Positions 34,013-45,494 of a stretch of 64,000 nt of DNA are shown here, piece after piece. The notes beneath the pieces are model-generated. The model saw only the letters and a program-made list of their open reading frames with translations. It searched no databases and had not been told where the DNA came from. The translations under genes were made by a program, and so were the position numbers. Every line of letters begins with the position of its first letter. Position 1 is the stretch's first letter. The DNA comes from Mobula hypostoma (Eukaryota): NCBI RefSeq assembly GCF_963921235.1, contig NC_086120.1:30938001-31002000 (forward strand), in the 5' to 3' direction.

Positions 34013-35295
34013 CACCAATTGGGCAGCATGGGCTCTTTGAGTCAGAAGGGCTTGTATCATGCTGTATCTCTAAATGAGTAAAATGATTAGCAACCCTTAA
34101 TGATTCTAATAAACAACAATTGAATTGATGGGTTATCCTCCTGCATCTCAGCCCCATTACCTCCTAATTAATCTCGTTTTCTTTTTATCTTCCGCAGCTG
34201 AGAGACTACTCTGTGAACTCCTGACCCCTGGTTTGTCTATTGTCCTCTGCCAATTTCTTTGCCGTTGGAGCAGGTTGTGACTGGGTCCCACTGGGCACGG
34301 AGATGCAGCCAGGAAAGCGTACACCAGAAGGGGCAACCGTGCACAGCTCGCAGGCCTTTCGGTGTAGGGCTGATTCAAACTGTGCCCACAGAGTGAACTG
34401 AAGTCACACTGTTTCTTAAAAGAATTCATGAAAGTGGTGGACAGTTTACTTCCACAGAAATGATGGCTATGACCCATGATGGCATGGCAATTAATTTTGG
34501 CAGTACACAATAGATCTGAGGGGCAACTTGTGTGTGTGGTGGTTAAGTGGAATGAACTTTTGGAGGAAATGGTTAAGGCATCACGGCCAGCAAGGATGAC
34601 TGGGCCCAAGGACCCCATTCTGTGCTGTACAACTCTATAATGTGGAAGAATTCCATTGTTCTTTGCCAGAATGGTCCTCCTGGACCCACCTGAGAGAAGA
34701 AATTGGTAAAATGCTACGTCAATACCACCGTAGCAATCTTCCAGTGCACTAAACCATCAGGCTCTTGAGTAAAGGAGGATAGCTAGACTCCTTAAGGACT
34801 TTTTTAAGGACACTGTTAAATTGTTATTTCATGCTCGTTATTTCTTGCTATTTATTTATAACTGCATTTGCACAATTTGTTTACAGTTTATAAGTGCTGA
34901 TGTTTACAATTTACAGTTACTGTTCTATAGATTTACTAATTATGCCCACAGATAAAGAATTCTCAGAATGCATGTGGTGACAGCTATGAACTCTGATAAT
35001 AAATTTCACTTTGAACTTTGAACTTTCAACTCAAAGTGTTGACCTAGATTTTGTACTCATGCCTCTGGAGTGGGGTCCACATCGCCAACCTTCTCAATAA
35101 GTACAAACACTGTTTATCCAGGGCTGAAACATATGATAAAACTTCTCCTTATTCTGGGTTCCTGGTGAGAACATGGTTAAGGCTCTTTGTGCAGAATACC
35201 TGTGGTTTGTAAGAATGGTCCTTTATCGGATACTTCCCCACTCCAGCTCTCTGACACAATGCACAAGCACATGAGAAAATAGGGTCCTACTGCAG

Positions 35296-35432
35296 GATTT
35301 CAACTGGAAACATCTTTTGTCTCCCACCACCCCACCCCACCCCCAACCCTCACAGATGCTGTCCAACCAGCTGAGTTTCTCCAGCAGATCGTTGGTTGCT
35401 GTAGATTCCAACATCTGCAGTCTCCTGCGGCT
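35296..35432. mobile_element. Old PLE pLTR-derived fragment
   Basis: ggatttcaactggaaacatc...acagatgctgtccaaccagctgagtttctccagcagatc...atctgcagtctc. Related pieces at 38950-39100 and 51736-51930. Confidence 0.6.
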
Positions 35433-36303
35433 CCACGAGAAAACAGGAGCAGGAGGAGGCCACCGAGCCCCTTGTGCCATACCCCCACCATTCAACATGA
35501 GAGTGATTTACAATCAATATCAGCAAGTTACAAGAGACCTGAGAGGAAATGTTTTTCACACAAAGAGTGGTGGATAATAGAACAAGCTACCAAAGGAAGT
35601 TGTTGAAGATAAGATCTTCAGGGCTCAACTCCTTGTCTGTATCAGATCTTCATAGCCCCCGATCCTCTGATCTTACAAAAATTCATCTATCTTAAAAGGT
35701 TCTAAAGAACATGCCTCCACAACTCTCTGGGTTGGGAATACCAGAGATTCACTACTCTATATGAGAAGAAATTTCTCAATCCAGCTTATTATATTTGTTT
35801 GAATTGGACAATGACGGACCTTCTGAAGCTCTTTCCTTCCCTATACCGTACCCTGGCTTCATTACCCTCGGACCTCATCACTTCCTGTGAGTCTACATGG
35901 AAACAAAGGGTTAAAGTACTCTGCTCAGCTCTGGCAGCTCGAAAGTGGACGCTCGGCAAATGTGGTATTTTAATGGGAAAAACAGGCCATGTACAAAAAA
36001 GGAAGTGAACTGGACTTTGAGCTTCCATCCTGTACTTTGAAGTCTGATTAAATACAAATGCAGCATTTCCATTTCTCATTTAATCCAAGTGCACCCAGTG
36101 TAGGTCATTCAATGAACCATATTCCTTCAGTAATTTTACCCCTGGACTCTATTGAGCAAAGATACTTACTTTTCTTGTTTGAAGATATTTGCTGTCAATT
36201 AGCTCCCTCTCATTTGTTTTCAGAAGAGTGAAGAGTTTGTTGTCTCCGAGAGCGGCTAGGATACAGTACTGCTATAACTTTTCTAAGGGATTACTCAGAA
36301 TCA

Positions 36304-36381
36304 TGATGAATGGTCTCAGCCTGAAATGTTGACTCTGTTCTTCTCCACAGAAGCTGCCTGGCCTATAGCATTTTGTGTGTG
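36304..36381 (+). mobile_element. Short PLE pLTR fragment starting at the hammerhead core
   Basis: tgatgaatggtctcagcctgaaatgttgact... flanked by ttactcagaatca (36291-36303, 36382-36394), a possible TSD that overlaps the Rex tail. Confidence 0.6.
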
Positions 36382-36387
36382 TTACTC

Positions 36388-37090
36388 AGAATCAGAATCA
36401 GGTTTATTATCACTGGCATGTGTCATGAAATTTGCTAACTTAGCAGCAGCAGTTCAGTGCAATACATAATATAAAAGAAGAAGAACACAAATAATAAAAT
36501 AATAATAATAAATAAATAAGTAAATCAATTACTGTATACATATATTGAATAGATTAAAAATCATGCAAGAAAACAGAAATAATATACATTAAAAAAGTGA
36601 GGTAGTGTTCACGGGTTCAATGTTCATTTAGGAATCAGATGGCAGAGGGGAAGAAGCTGTTCCTGAATCGCTGAGTGTGTGCCTTCAGGCTTCTGTACCT
36701 CCTTCCTGATGATAACAGTGAGAAAAAGGCATGCCCTGGGTGCTGGAGGTCCTTAATAATGGACACTGCCTTTCTGAGACACGGCTCCTTGAAGATGTCC
36801 AGGGTACTTTGTCGGCTAGTACCCAAGATGGAGCCCATTAAATTTACAACACTCTACAGCTGCTTTTGGTCCTGTGCAGTAGCGTACCCCATACCAGACA
36901 GTGATGCAGCCTGTCAGAATGCTCTCCATGGTACATCTATAAAAGTTTTTGAGTATATTTGTTGACATGCCAAATCTCTTCAAACTCTTAATGAAGTATA
37001 GTCACTGTCTTGCCTTCTTTATAACTGCATCGATATGTTGGGGCCAAGTTAGATCCTCAGAGATCTTGACACCCAGGAACTTGAAACTGC
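36388..37090 (-). mobile_element. Rex1/Babar 3' part, (ATTCTG)n family
   Basis: ORF 36635..36838 CLRKAVSIIKDLQHPGHAFFSLLSSGRRYRSLKAHTQRFRNSFFPSAI. Tail tcagaatcagaatcagg. Confidence 0.9.
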
Positions 37091-37625
37091 TCGGAATCAG
37101 AATCGGATTTAACGTCACCGATATATGTCATGAAATTTGTTGTTTTATGGCAACAGTACAGTATAATACATAAAAAATTACTGTAAGTTACAAAAAGAAA
37201 CATACTTAAAATAAATAAATAATGCAAAAAGACACCAAAATAGTGAGGTAACATTCTTGGGTTCCTGGATAGCTCGGAAATCTGACGGTGGAGAGGAAGA
37301 AGCTATTCCTAAGGAACTGAGTGTGGGTCTTCGAGCCCTTGATGATAGTAATGAAAGGAAAGCGTGCCCTGGAAGGTGAGGGTCCTTAATGATGGATGCC
37401 ACCTTCTTGAGGCACTGCCTGTTGAAGACATCCTTGTTGGTGGTGAGGGTTGTGCCTGTGATGGAGATGGTTGAATCTGCAACCCTCTGAAGTCTTTTCT
37501 GGTTCTGTGCATTGGAAACACCATACCAGGTAGTGATGCAACTCATCAGAATGCTCTCCACTGCACATCGAGAGAAGTTTGCAAGAGTCTTTGATCACAT
37601 ACCAAATCTCCTTAGACTCTTAATG
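37091..37625 (-). mobile_element. Older Rex1/Babar 3' part
   Basis: ORF 37178..37561 ESILMSCITTWYG...RLQRV...CLKKVASIIKDPHLPGH. Tail ggaatcagaatcgg. Confidence 0.88.
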
Positions 37626-39169
37626 TCAAAGGGATTCTATATCAGAGGGAAATAGTGAGAGCTAACAAGTAGTCTGACAATTAGAAATACTACAGGCAAT
37701 GATGAATATCTGGAGGGGAACCTCAGAAGGACATAACTGCACCCTTTTCCTTTATGAACCCTTTTTAACCATTGTGAAATTCACAAGATGCATCATGGTA
37801 TTGTTATCAACTATAAGCTCGCACTGAGCTATGAGCAAGAAGGAAATGGGTTTTAAGTATGTTCTAAGAGATGGATGAAGGGTGGGGAAATTTGTCTAGA
37901 GCTTAGGACCTGAGTGTCTGAAAGCATGGTGACAACTGGTGGAGTAAATGATGCTGGTGATCCACTAAACATTGAAGCTGGTTGAGTGTGGTTTTCTAGG
38001 TGTGGATGAGATTACAGAGACAAGTAGTACTGAAGCAAAAAAGGACTTGAAAGATGAGAATCTTGAACTTGAGTTGGTGAATTGGGAATTACTGGAGGTG
38101 AGCAATCACGGGGAGTCCTAAGTGAGAGGGACCAGAAATGAATTTGAACAATTCTGGTTGAGATCAATTCTTTGGTGAATGGAAGCAGGGTTTACCTTAT
38201 TACCAGGTATAGAATTTTAAGGAATTTTGTGGAATCGTGTAAATGTATGTTTCAGTAGGAGGCCATTCATCCTGAAGTGTCCACAGTGGACCAGAGGTTA
38301 ATTCCACTTCCCTGCTTTACAGATTTCAGCTGCTCAAGTACTAACCCCAGTACTCTTTAAAGATGCTGAAGGCTTCTGCCTCCATCACCCTTCCTGATGC
38401 CCAGTAAAACATTTCTCCTCTGCTCTCCACTAATGCTCCTAGCTTGCTAATTAATGAAATTATGCCCTTAGTTAATAGATAACTGGTCCCTTCTGTTGCT
38501 CTGCTCTGTTAATTTTACACACTTCAGTTAAATTTCCCTTCGGTCTCCTTGGTTACAAAGAAAACAGCTCCGGCCTAGACAAATTTATGCATTAATTTGC
38601 TGTAAAAGCCTCTCTCCCATAAACTTCTAAAAATAAAACCTGCTGCGTATTTCTATAATCACAAAGAATAAATAAATTCTACTCTTCCCTGGTGACACTG
38701 TGCCAATATAACATATTATTGCAAGATAAAGTTAAACAAGGTGTCTCAATTCTTTTGGCATACAGAACAGGAGTTTACAGAATTTTCTTGACCTGGATTT
38801 AAAAGAAGTCACTATAACTAACCAAAGAGTCAATATCGGGTTAGACGCCCCATTCTCACTCTTTGATGGAAATTCCTACATGCTGATGCCAGGTTTGGAG
38901 AAGAAACGTGAAGACTTTTTTTGGCCAAATAATCAAGAAGATGCTGACATAAGAGCATGCAGATGCTGCAATCTGGAGCAACGAGCAATCTGCTGGATTC
39001 CTGATGCAAGTTTTGACCCAAGAACTTCTCTCCCCAACCCCCACCCTAACAGATGCAGTTTGACCCATTGGGTTCCTCCAGCAGACACTGAGTCAGTAGA
39101 TGCTCCCTGTTCAAATCATACGCAGCGAGGAAGCAAGAGAGAATCAGGCTAGAATTTGCTTACATTTCA

Positions 39170-39740
39170 TGTATGATTATCTGGGGTTCCATAAAGTACA
39201 GAAGGAGAAGAGTGATCTTATTCAGTTCTTTATCACTTTGGAAGGTACAGACATGGCAAAGATACTTCCACTTATGAGGAACATCAAACAAAGGTGAATT
39301 ACTGAACCCATTAACACTACCTCACTACTTTTAACTTCTATTTTTGTACTACTAATTTAATTTAAATACTTTAAATATATACTTACTGTAATTCATGGTT
39401 TTGTTTCTATTATTATGTATTGCATTTTACTGCTTCTGCAAAGACAACAAGTTTCACGACATACGCCGGTGATATTAAACCTGATTCTGATTCTAATTCA
39501 CTAATATATCTAACAGCACATTTGGGAGAAAGGTCATTACTCAGAGAGTGACTGGAACGTAGGGCACACTACATAGAAATTATTTGAATCATGTAACATC
39601 GGCAAATTTAAGAGAAAGGTAGAAAAGTACAGAAAGATATGCTGATCGGCAGGATCAAGAAGGGAGAGAGATGTCTGTGTGCAGAATAAAAACCAGCATG
39701 GACCAGTTTAGCCCCTGTGACTTTCCCCTACATTAAACTA
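39170..39740 (+). mobile_element. Degraded CR1 interrupted by a Rex 3' UTR (about 39298-39497)
   Basis: gagaagagtgatcttatt and ttactcagagagtg CR1 motifs. Rex tail gatattaaacctgattctgattct. Confidence 0.6.
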
Positions 39741-40426
39741 TGACAAGCAAGCTGTTTCATAGGAGCTTCATCAGACTAAATGCAGCACAATTCACATTGA
39801 AGGTATTAGAGATTTTAAGGAGAAGCAATGGGCAGGAAGATGAATAGGTAAAGACAAAAAAATCCAGAGCTTAGAGAACTGCCAGTTGAAGCATGAAACT
39901 GGCTTAATGCACATTCTATGTAATTGTTTCAGAAAACTTTTCCGAAAAATAAAATGTAGAAGAAACATATTCAACTAATGAGGTTGCTTACTGAGATTGA
40001 ATCACTTTTTATTTTGGAATGAAATAAAAGTGCTCTTCTTAGAACTTTTAACAATGAGGGTGAATAAGGATTCAGTGACCTTTGGTTCACCCTGATGTTA
40101 TTGTCTACATGCATAATGAGTTATAACCATGAAAATAGATTTGTAACACATCGGGCATTCTCTTTATTTTTCCTCCGCAGTGTTCCTTCTGCTGAGTTCC
40201 TCACTTCAGCTCATTAAAGTCTGTGAAAATGAACTCTCCGCCGTCACTTCTGCACTGATAACGTGAAAAGGTCATGCCCCCACCTCGCACGCCAGCCAAG
40301 TTTATGCCAAAAGCTGTTACATCCACAGAGACCGCGTTGAGCAAAGTTGTATCCAGGCGTGTGCAGCCAGAGGGTTTGATCAGAAAGTGGGAACAAACAG
40401 TTGGAGAGAAGAAACAATTGATCTAG

Positions 40427-41630
40427 ATCAGAATCGAAATCAGAATCAGGTTTATTACCACTGACATATATCATGAAATTTGTTGTTTTGTGGCAGCAGT
40501 ACAGTGCAATACATTAACAATACCATAAATTGCAATAAGAAATATAGATATATAATTTAATATAACATTTTAATGTATATAATTTAAATTGTAAATATAT
40601 ATAGATAGATAGAAAGATAGATTACATTAAAATAGTGCAAAAAGAGATCAAAAGTATTGAGATGGTGTTCATGGATTCATGGACGTCAGAAATCTGATAG
40701 AGAAGGTGATGAAGCTGTTCCTAAAATGCTGAATGTGTATCTTCAGATTCCTGCACCTCCTCCCTGAAGCTAATTTTTTTTAGATTATGAAGACACGCAG
40801 TCCTCTTTTATTGTCATTTAGTAGTGCATGCATTAAGAAATGATACAATATTTCCTCCGGTGTGATATCACAAAACATAGGACAGACCAAGACACTGAAA
40901 AAACTAACAAAACCACATAATTATAACATATAGTTACAACAGTGCAACAATACCATAACTTGATGAAGAATAGTCCATGAGCACAGTAAAAAGTTCGAAG
41001 TCTGTCAAATGACCCACATCTCACGCAGATGGGAGAAGGAAGAAAACTCTCCCCGCCATGCCTGACCACAGTCCGACTCTGAGTTGTCCGAAAACTTCGA
41101 GCCTCTGATCAGCCCTCCGACACCAAGTACCGAGCGCCATCTCTATCTGAACGATTCGACCTCAATCTCGGTCGCCAGCAGCAGGCAAAGCCGGGGATTT
41201 TGAGGCCTTCCCTCTGGAAGATTCCCGATCGCACAGTAACAACAGCAGCGAACTGGCGTTACAGAAACTTCTCCAGATGTTCCTCTGTGCTTTCACATCT
41301 GTCTCCATCAAATCAGAATTGTCCACGGCCCCTATTTAATGGAAACAATCTCATTTTCACCGGAGGGCTGTGAGTGCGCGCGCGCCGCGCTGCTCTCCCA
41401 TCCACCCACCTAATGAGAAGAGAGCATGTTATTTATGGTGAGGACCCTTAATGCCTTCCTGAGGCACTGGCTTTTGAGGAAGTCCTCGATGGTGGGAGGG
41501 TTGTGCCCGTGACGGAGCTAGCTGAGTCTCCGGTCCTCTGCAGCCTTTCCCAATGCTGTGCATTGGAGCCTCCATAGCTAGCAGCTAGAGTGTTCCCCAT
41601 GTTACATCTGTAGAACTTTGCTGGAGTCAT
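40427..41630 (-). mobile_element. Rex1/Babar 3' fragment split by the 40775-41409 element
   Basis: Tail atcagaatcgaaatcagaatcagg. ORF 41448..41633 KFYRCNMGNTL...SYGGSNAQHWERLQR. Confidence 0.8.
40775..41409 (-). mobile_element. CpG-rich non-autonomous retroposon (no ORF, no tRNA head seen)
   Basis: The 3' end on the minus strand, aatgacaataaaagaggactgcgtgtcttcataatctaa, is shared with 2205-2280 and 28715-28785. ctaat at both junctions. Confidence 0.7.
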
Positions 41631-42282
41631 CATTACAGCATATGAAAACTAGCTTGGATTGAGATGTCCCATTCTGCCCTACTGGGCCTAATTCTTCAGT
41701 GCATCTTCTCGTCTGACAGAAACTCGAGTGCAATATCACGTTTGCAATTAATGCCCACAAGATCACGGGTACAGTATCCCAGTGATTAAATTCCTGGACT
41801 AGGAATCATTAATCTAGAGACAGCTTGGATCCCACTATGGCTTCTTGAAGTTTAAGTTCAAGTAGTTAAATAAAATATGGATCTTTAACAATAGCTGGCA
41901 TTAGTAACAATAAAGTTACCAGATTGTTGTAAAAGACCAACTAGTTCACCTTTGAGGGCAGGAAATCAGTTGTTCTTACCAGGTCTAGCCTGTATGTGAC
42001 TCCAGGCACTCAAATATGGCTTACCTATCATTTCTTCTTCTACTTATGGTGACATTGACCACGACCACTACATGCCATTAAAAAAATGGGTGAAAGGATC
42101 TTATTCTGCTAAGGCACAGGAGTTAGAACATCATATAATGTTCTTTAGCAGGCTTCAGCCACCCAATGAGAGCATCCACTCTTCTGCTCATTTCTCCATG
42201 GAAAAGGTTATTTTCCTTTTAAAGGTTGCTAAGGAATAGCATTTAGTTGCAATGATAGCAGGTCTTAAGAACTTGCTGGATT

Positions 42283-42868
42283 AAACACAAGAGATTCTGC
42301 AAATCCAGAGCAGCACACAAAAGCTGGAGGAACTCAGCAGGTCAGGCAACATCTATGAATAAGCAGTCAACGTTTTAGGCCAAGGCCCTTCATTAGGATT
42401 GGAAAGGAAGGCGGAAGATACCAGAATAAAAAGGTGGGGCGGGGGGAGGAGGAGGAGAAGAAGGACGAGCTTGAAAGTGATAGGTGAAGCCATGTGGGCG
42501 GGGGAGGCGGGGTGAAGTAAGAAGCTGGGATGAGATAGGTGGGAAAGGCAAAGAGCTGGAGAATAAGGAATCTGATAGGAGAGGAGAGTGGACCATGGGA
42601 GAAAGGGAAGGAGGAGAGGCATCAGTGGGAGGTGATAGGCAGGTAAGGAGAAAAGGTTAGAGGTCAGAGTGGGGAATAGAAGAAGGAAGGGGGAGGGAAA
42701 GATTACCTGAAAGAGAAATTGATGTTCATGTCATCAGGTTGGAGGCTATCTAGACGGATATGAGGGACTTCTCCTCCATCCTAAGAGTAGCCTCATTGTG
42801 GCAGAAGAGGAGGCCAAGGATCAACATGTTGGAACAGGAATGAGGATAGGAATTAAAACGTTGGTTGC
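42283..42868 (-). mobile_element. Older PLE 3' fragment (GIY-YIG end plus pLTR, degenerate HHR)
   Basis: ORF 42750..42962 LLFCHNEATLRMEE. HHR relic cagtcaacgttttaggccaaggcccttcattaggattgg. Confidence 0.8.
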
Positions 42869-43569
42869 TATTCGTGTGCGTGTTAGATTGATACCACTTC
42901 TGTTCACTAACTTCCTTGCTAATTTTATATGAAGGGAATGTTCTTCCCATAACTGATGACAATTGCTGATTCCCATATTCCCAGAGAATTATTCGGGTGG
43001 TTTCGTTATTGAGAACACCCAGTTGGCACCTCCACTCCCTGCCCAGCCTTCTCCAGCTGTTCGAAGCTTGGAAGCTCAGCCAAGTAATGAAAGCTCTTGT
43101 CTCAAACCTGCAGTCTCCATTTCAGGAGTTAAATCTAATCAACAGAGGTACTTCAGAATACTTGATCAGTGTTTGATGCATTAAAATAATGTTACATATG
43201 CGCTGAATTCTAAAGGAACTCACAACCTATTGAGAGATAGCACAAAGGAGCAATATACAGTAACTGTGACTTTTTCTTCCATCTGGATATTTTGTCTCAA
43301 AAGCTTTACCCTCTTAAACTGTACGAAGAAGGAAACATTGGAACAGAGACAGAAACAAGCTAAAGGACTCCAGAACTGCTCTAACCCTTACTGGGATCAT
43401 GGGTAGGCCTCTGCTTTTACACACGCTCACATTTCCATTCACATGACCTGTACCCAAACACTCTCACACTCATGCACACTCACATTCTGTCTCAGACACA
43501 CACACACACACAGAATCACAATCCAACTCACACCATCTCACACGAACACACAACCTCTCACGTACACAT

Positions 43570-43858
43570 TGGTGCCACTGTGGCGTCGCAGTTAGCACAA
43601 AGCTATTACATCTTGGGGCACCGGAGTTCAGAGTTCGATCCCAGAATCCTCTGTAAGGAGTCTATATGTTTGCCCTGTGGAATATGTCGGCCTTCTCCAG
43701 GTTTTCCAGCTTCCTCCCACAGACCAAGATGTTCCGGGTGAGTTAATTGGTCATTGTAAGTTGTTCTGTGATTATGTCAGGGTAAATCGGGGTTGTTGGG
43801 ATTTGTGGAGTGGTGCAGCTCAAAAAGCCTATTCCGCACTGTATCTCTAAATAAATAA
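43570..43858 (+). mobile_element. V-SINE/HE1-type SINE
   Basis: B box gagttcgatccc, V-domain ctctgtaaggag...cttcctcccacag, tail tgtatctctaaataaataa. Confidence 0.8.
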
Positions 43859-44799
43859 GTAACATATTCATATGCACAACTTATGATTTGCTTAAAGTCC
43901 AAATATTGATCAGTTGATCAATTAATCTGAGCCTTAACTTCAGTCTACAGCTAAGAACTTCCAACCCCTGAGTTAGAGAATATCCATGATTCACAACACT
44001 CAGCATAAAGACATATCTCCTTGGCTAAGGGACACATTACCAGTCCTTCTCCTGAGGCTAAACGCCTCCTCTGGGTTCCTTAGTCAGGTGCTCAACATCT
44101 CTAAAGTTACAAGCAGGAGACTATACAACAAACGCTACACAAATTTATTTCACTTTTTCAAGATGGTAGAGAGACTTTCTGCACATTTCTCTCAGGCAGG
44201 GCTCCTGAACATGGTCAATACCTGCAAGGTGAACAAGCTGTCTGAATGTAGGAGAAAACCAACAGGCAACCCAGCTGTAAGGCTCATATAGAGAGAGAAT
44301 AATTTAATCTTCTTGAGAAATCCCTTGGGGTCAGCACCTTTCTCAACCAGATGACCCTAAAGAAGACTCCTTAAAATGTCGATATTTCAAGCTGAGCCCC
44401 TTCATCAAGGTCTCAGTCCGAAACACGACTGTTCATTCCTCTCCATAGATGCTGATCTGCCTGATCTGCCAAGTTCCTCCAGCACTTTATGTATGTTCCT
44501 CAAGATTTCCAGCAATAGCAAAATCTCTTGTGTTGTCCTTAAAATGTAGTGTTGGTGTAGAGCAGAAAACAACAGATGTGAATTTTGAAAACAGAGGTTT
44601 GAGGTGTGAATTAGCCCAAAACAGGCCGTTGTACCTCTGCCATAAAATGGGGTAGGAGGTATCTAAGAAGGTAAACAGACAGGGAGCACATTCCTTCCAC
44701 TCCTACAGCCTGTGACCAAGAGAATCATACCTCCACTCACTCTCAAGTGGAAATCAAGCTATGCAGAATGTTATGGAAGGAGATCATTAAGGAGACACT

Positions 44800-45032
44800 G
44801 TATGTAAGAACCCAGTGTCCCAGTCAATAATTAATCCTTAATTAGCAACATTAGAACAGGTTATCCATTCATTATCACGTTGCTGTCTCTGAGAGTTTAC
44901 TGTGCATAATTTGGCCCAACCAGTTCCAACATTACAACATTGATTTCACCTGAAATGCACTCCGTTAGTTGTAAACCACCCTGGAATTTGATGAGGTTGT
45001 GAAAGGTTCTGTAGAACTGCAAGTCCTTCTTA
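44800..45032 (+). mobile_element. Deu-domain SINE relic (best copy in the window)
   Basis: cattatcacgttgctgtctctgagagtttactgtgcataatttggc...acattacaaca...gttgtaaa...gaggttgtgaaagg...tgcaagtccttctt. Confidence 0.7.
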
Positions 45033-45089
45033 ATTTATTGAAATATTTTCTTGGTTTATTTATCCACAGGTTGTGGTTGGCACTAACTA

Positions 45090-45358
45090 TGCCTTCTCTC
45101 CTATCAGATTCCCTTTTCTCCAGCCCTTTACCTTTCTCTCCTACCTGGCTTCACCTATCACCTTCCAGCTTGTTTTCCTTCCCCTCCCGCCACATTTTTA
45201 TTCTGGTGTTGCCCCCTTCCTTTCCAGTCCTGTTAAAGGGTAGCAGCCCAAAACGTCGACTATTTATTCACTTTCATAGATGCTGCCTGACCTGCTGAGT
45301 CCCTCTAGCATTGTGTGTGTGTGTTGCTCTGGATTTCCAGCAGATCTCTTGTGTTTAT
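45090..45358 (+). mobile_element. PLE pLTR fragment with degenerate HHR
   Basis: ccagtcctgttaaagggtagcagcccaaaacgtcgact...agatgctgcctgacctgctgag. Confidence 0.78.
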
Positions 45359-45494
45359 GCCTTTGCTTTTTGTACATTCCCTTTTGCTCTTGAATTAAGG
45401 AGGCAGATGCATATTGTCAGGCCAAGCGAAGAGAACTGCAATGATTCAAAAACACAAGAGATTCTGCAGATGTTGGAGTTTTCTCCAATATCTT

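Noticed and set aside
34157-34618. 153-aa minus-strand ORF
   Set aside because: It starts inside a CR1-like tail and has no recognisable domain. The region is better explained as non-coding.
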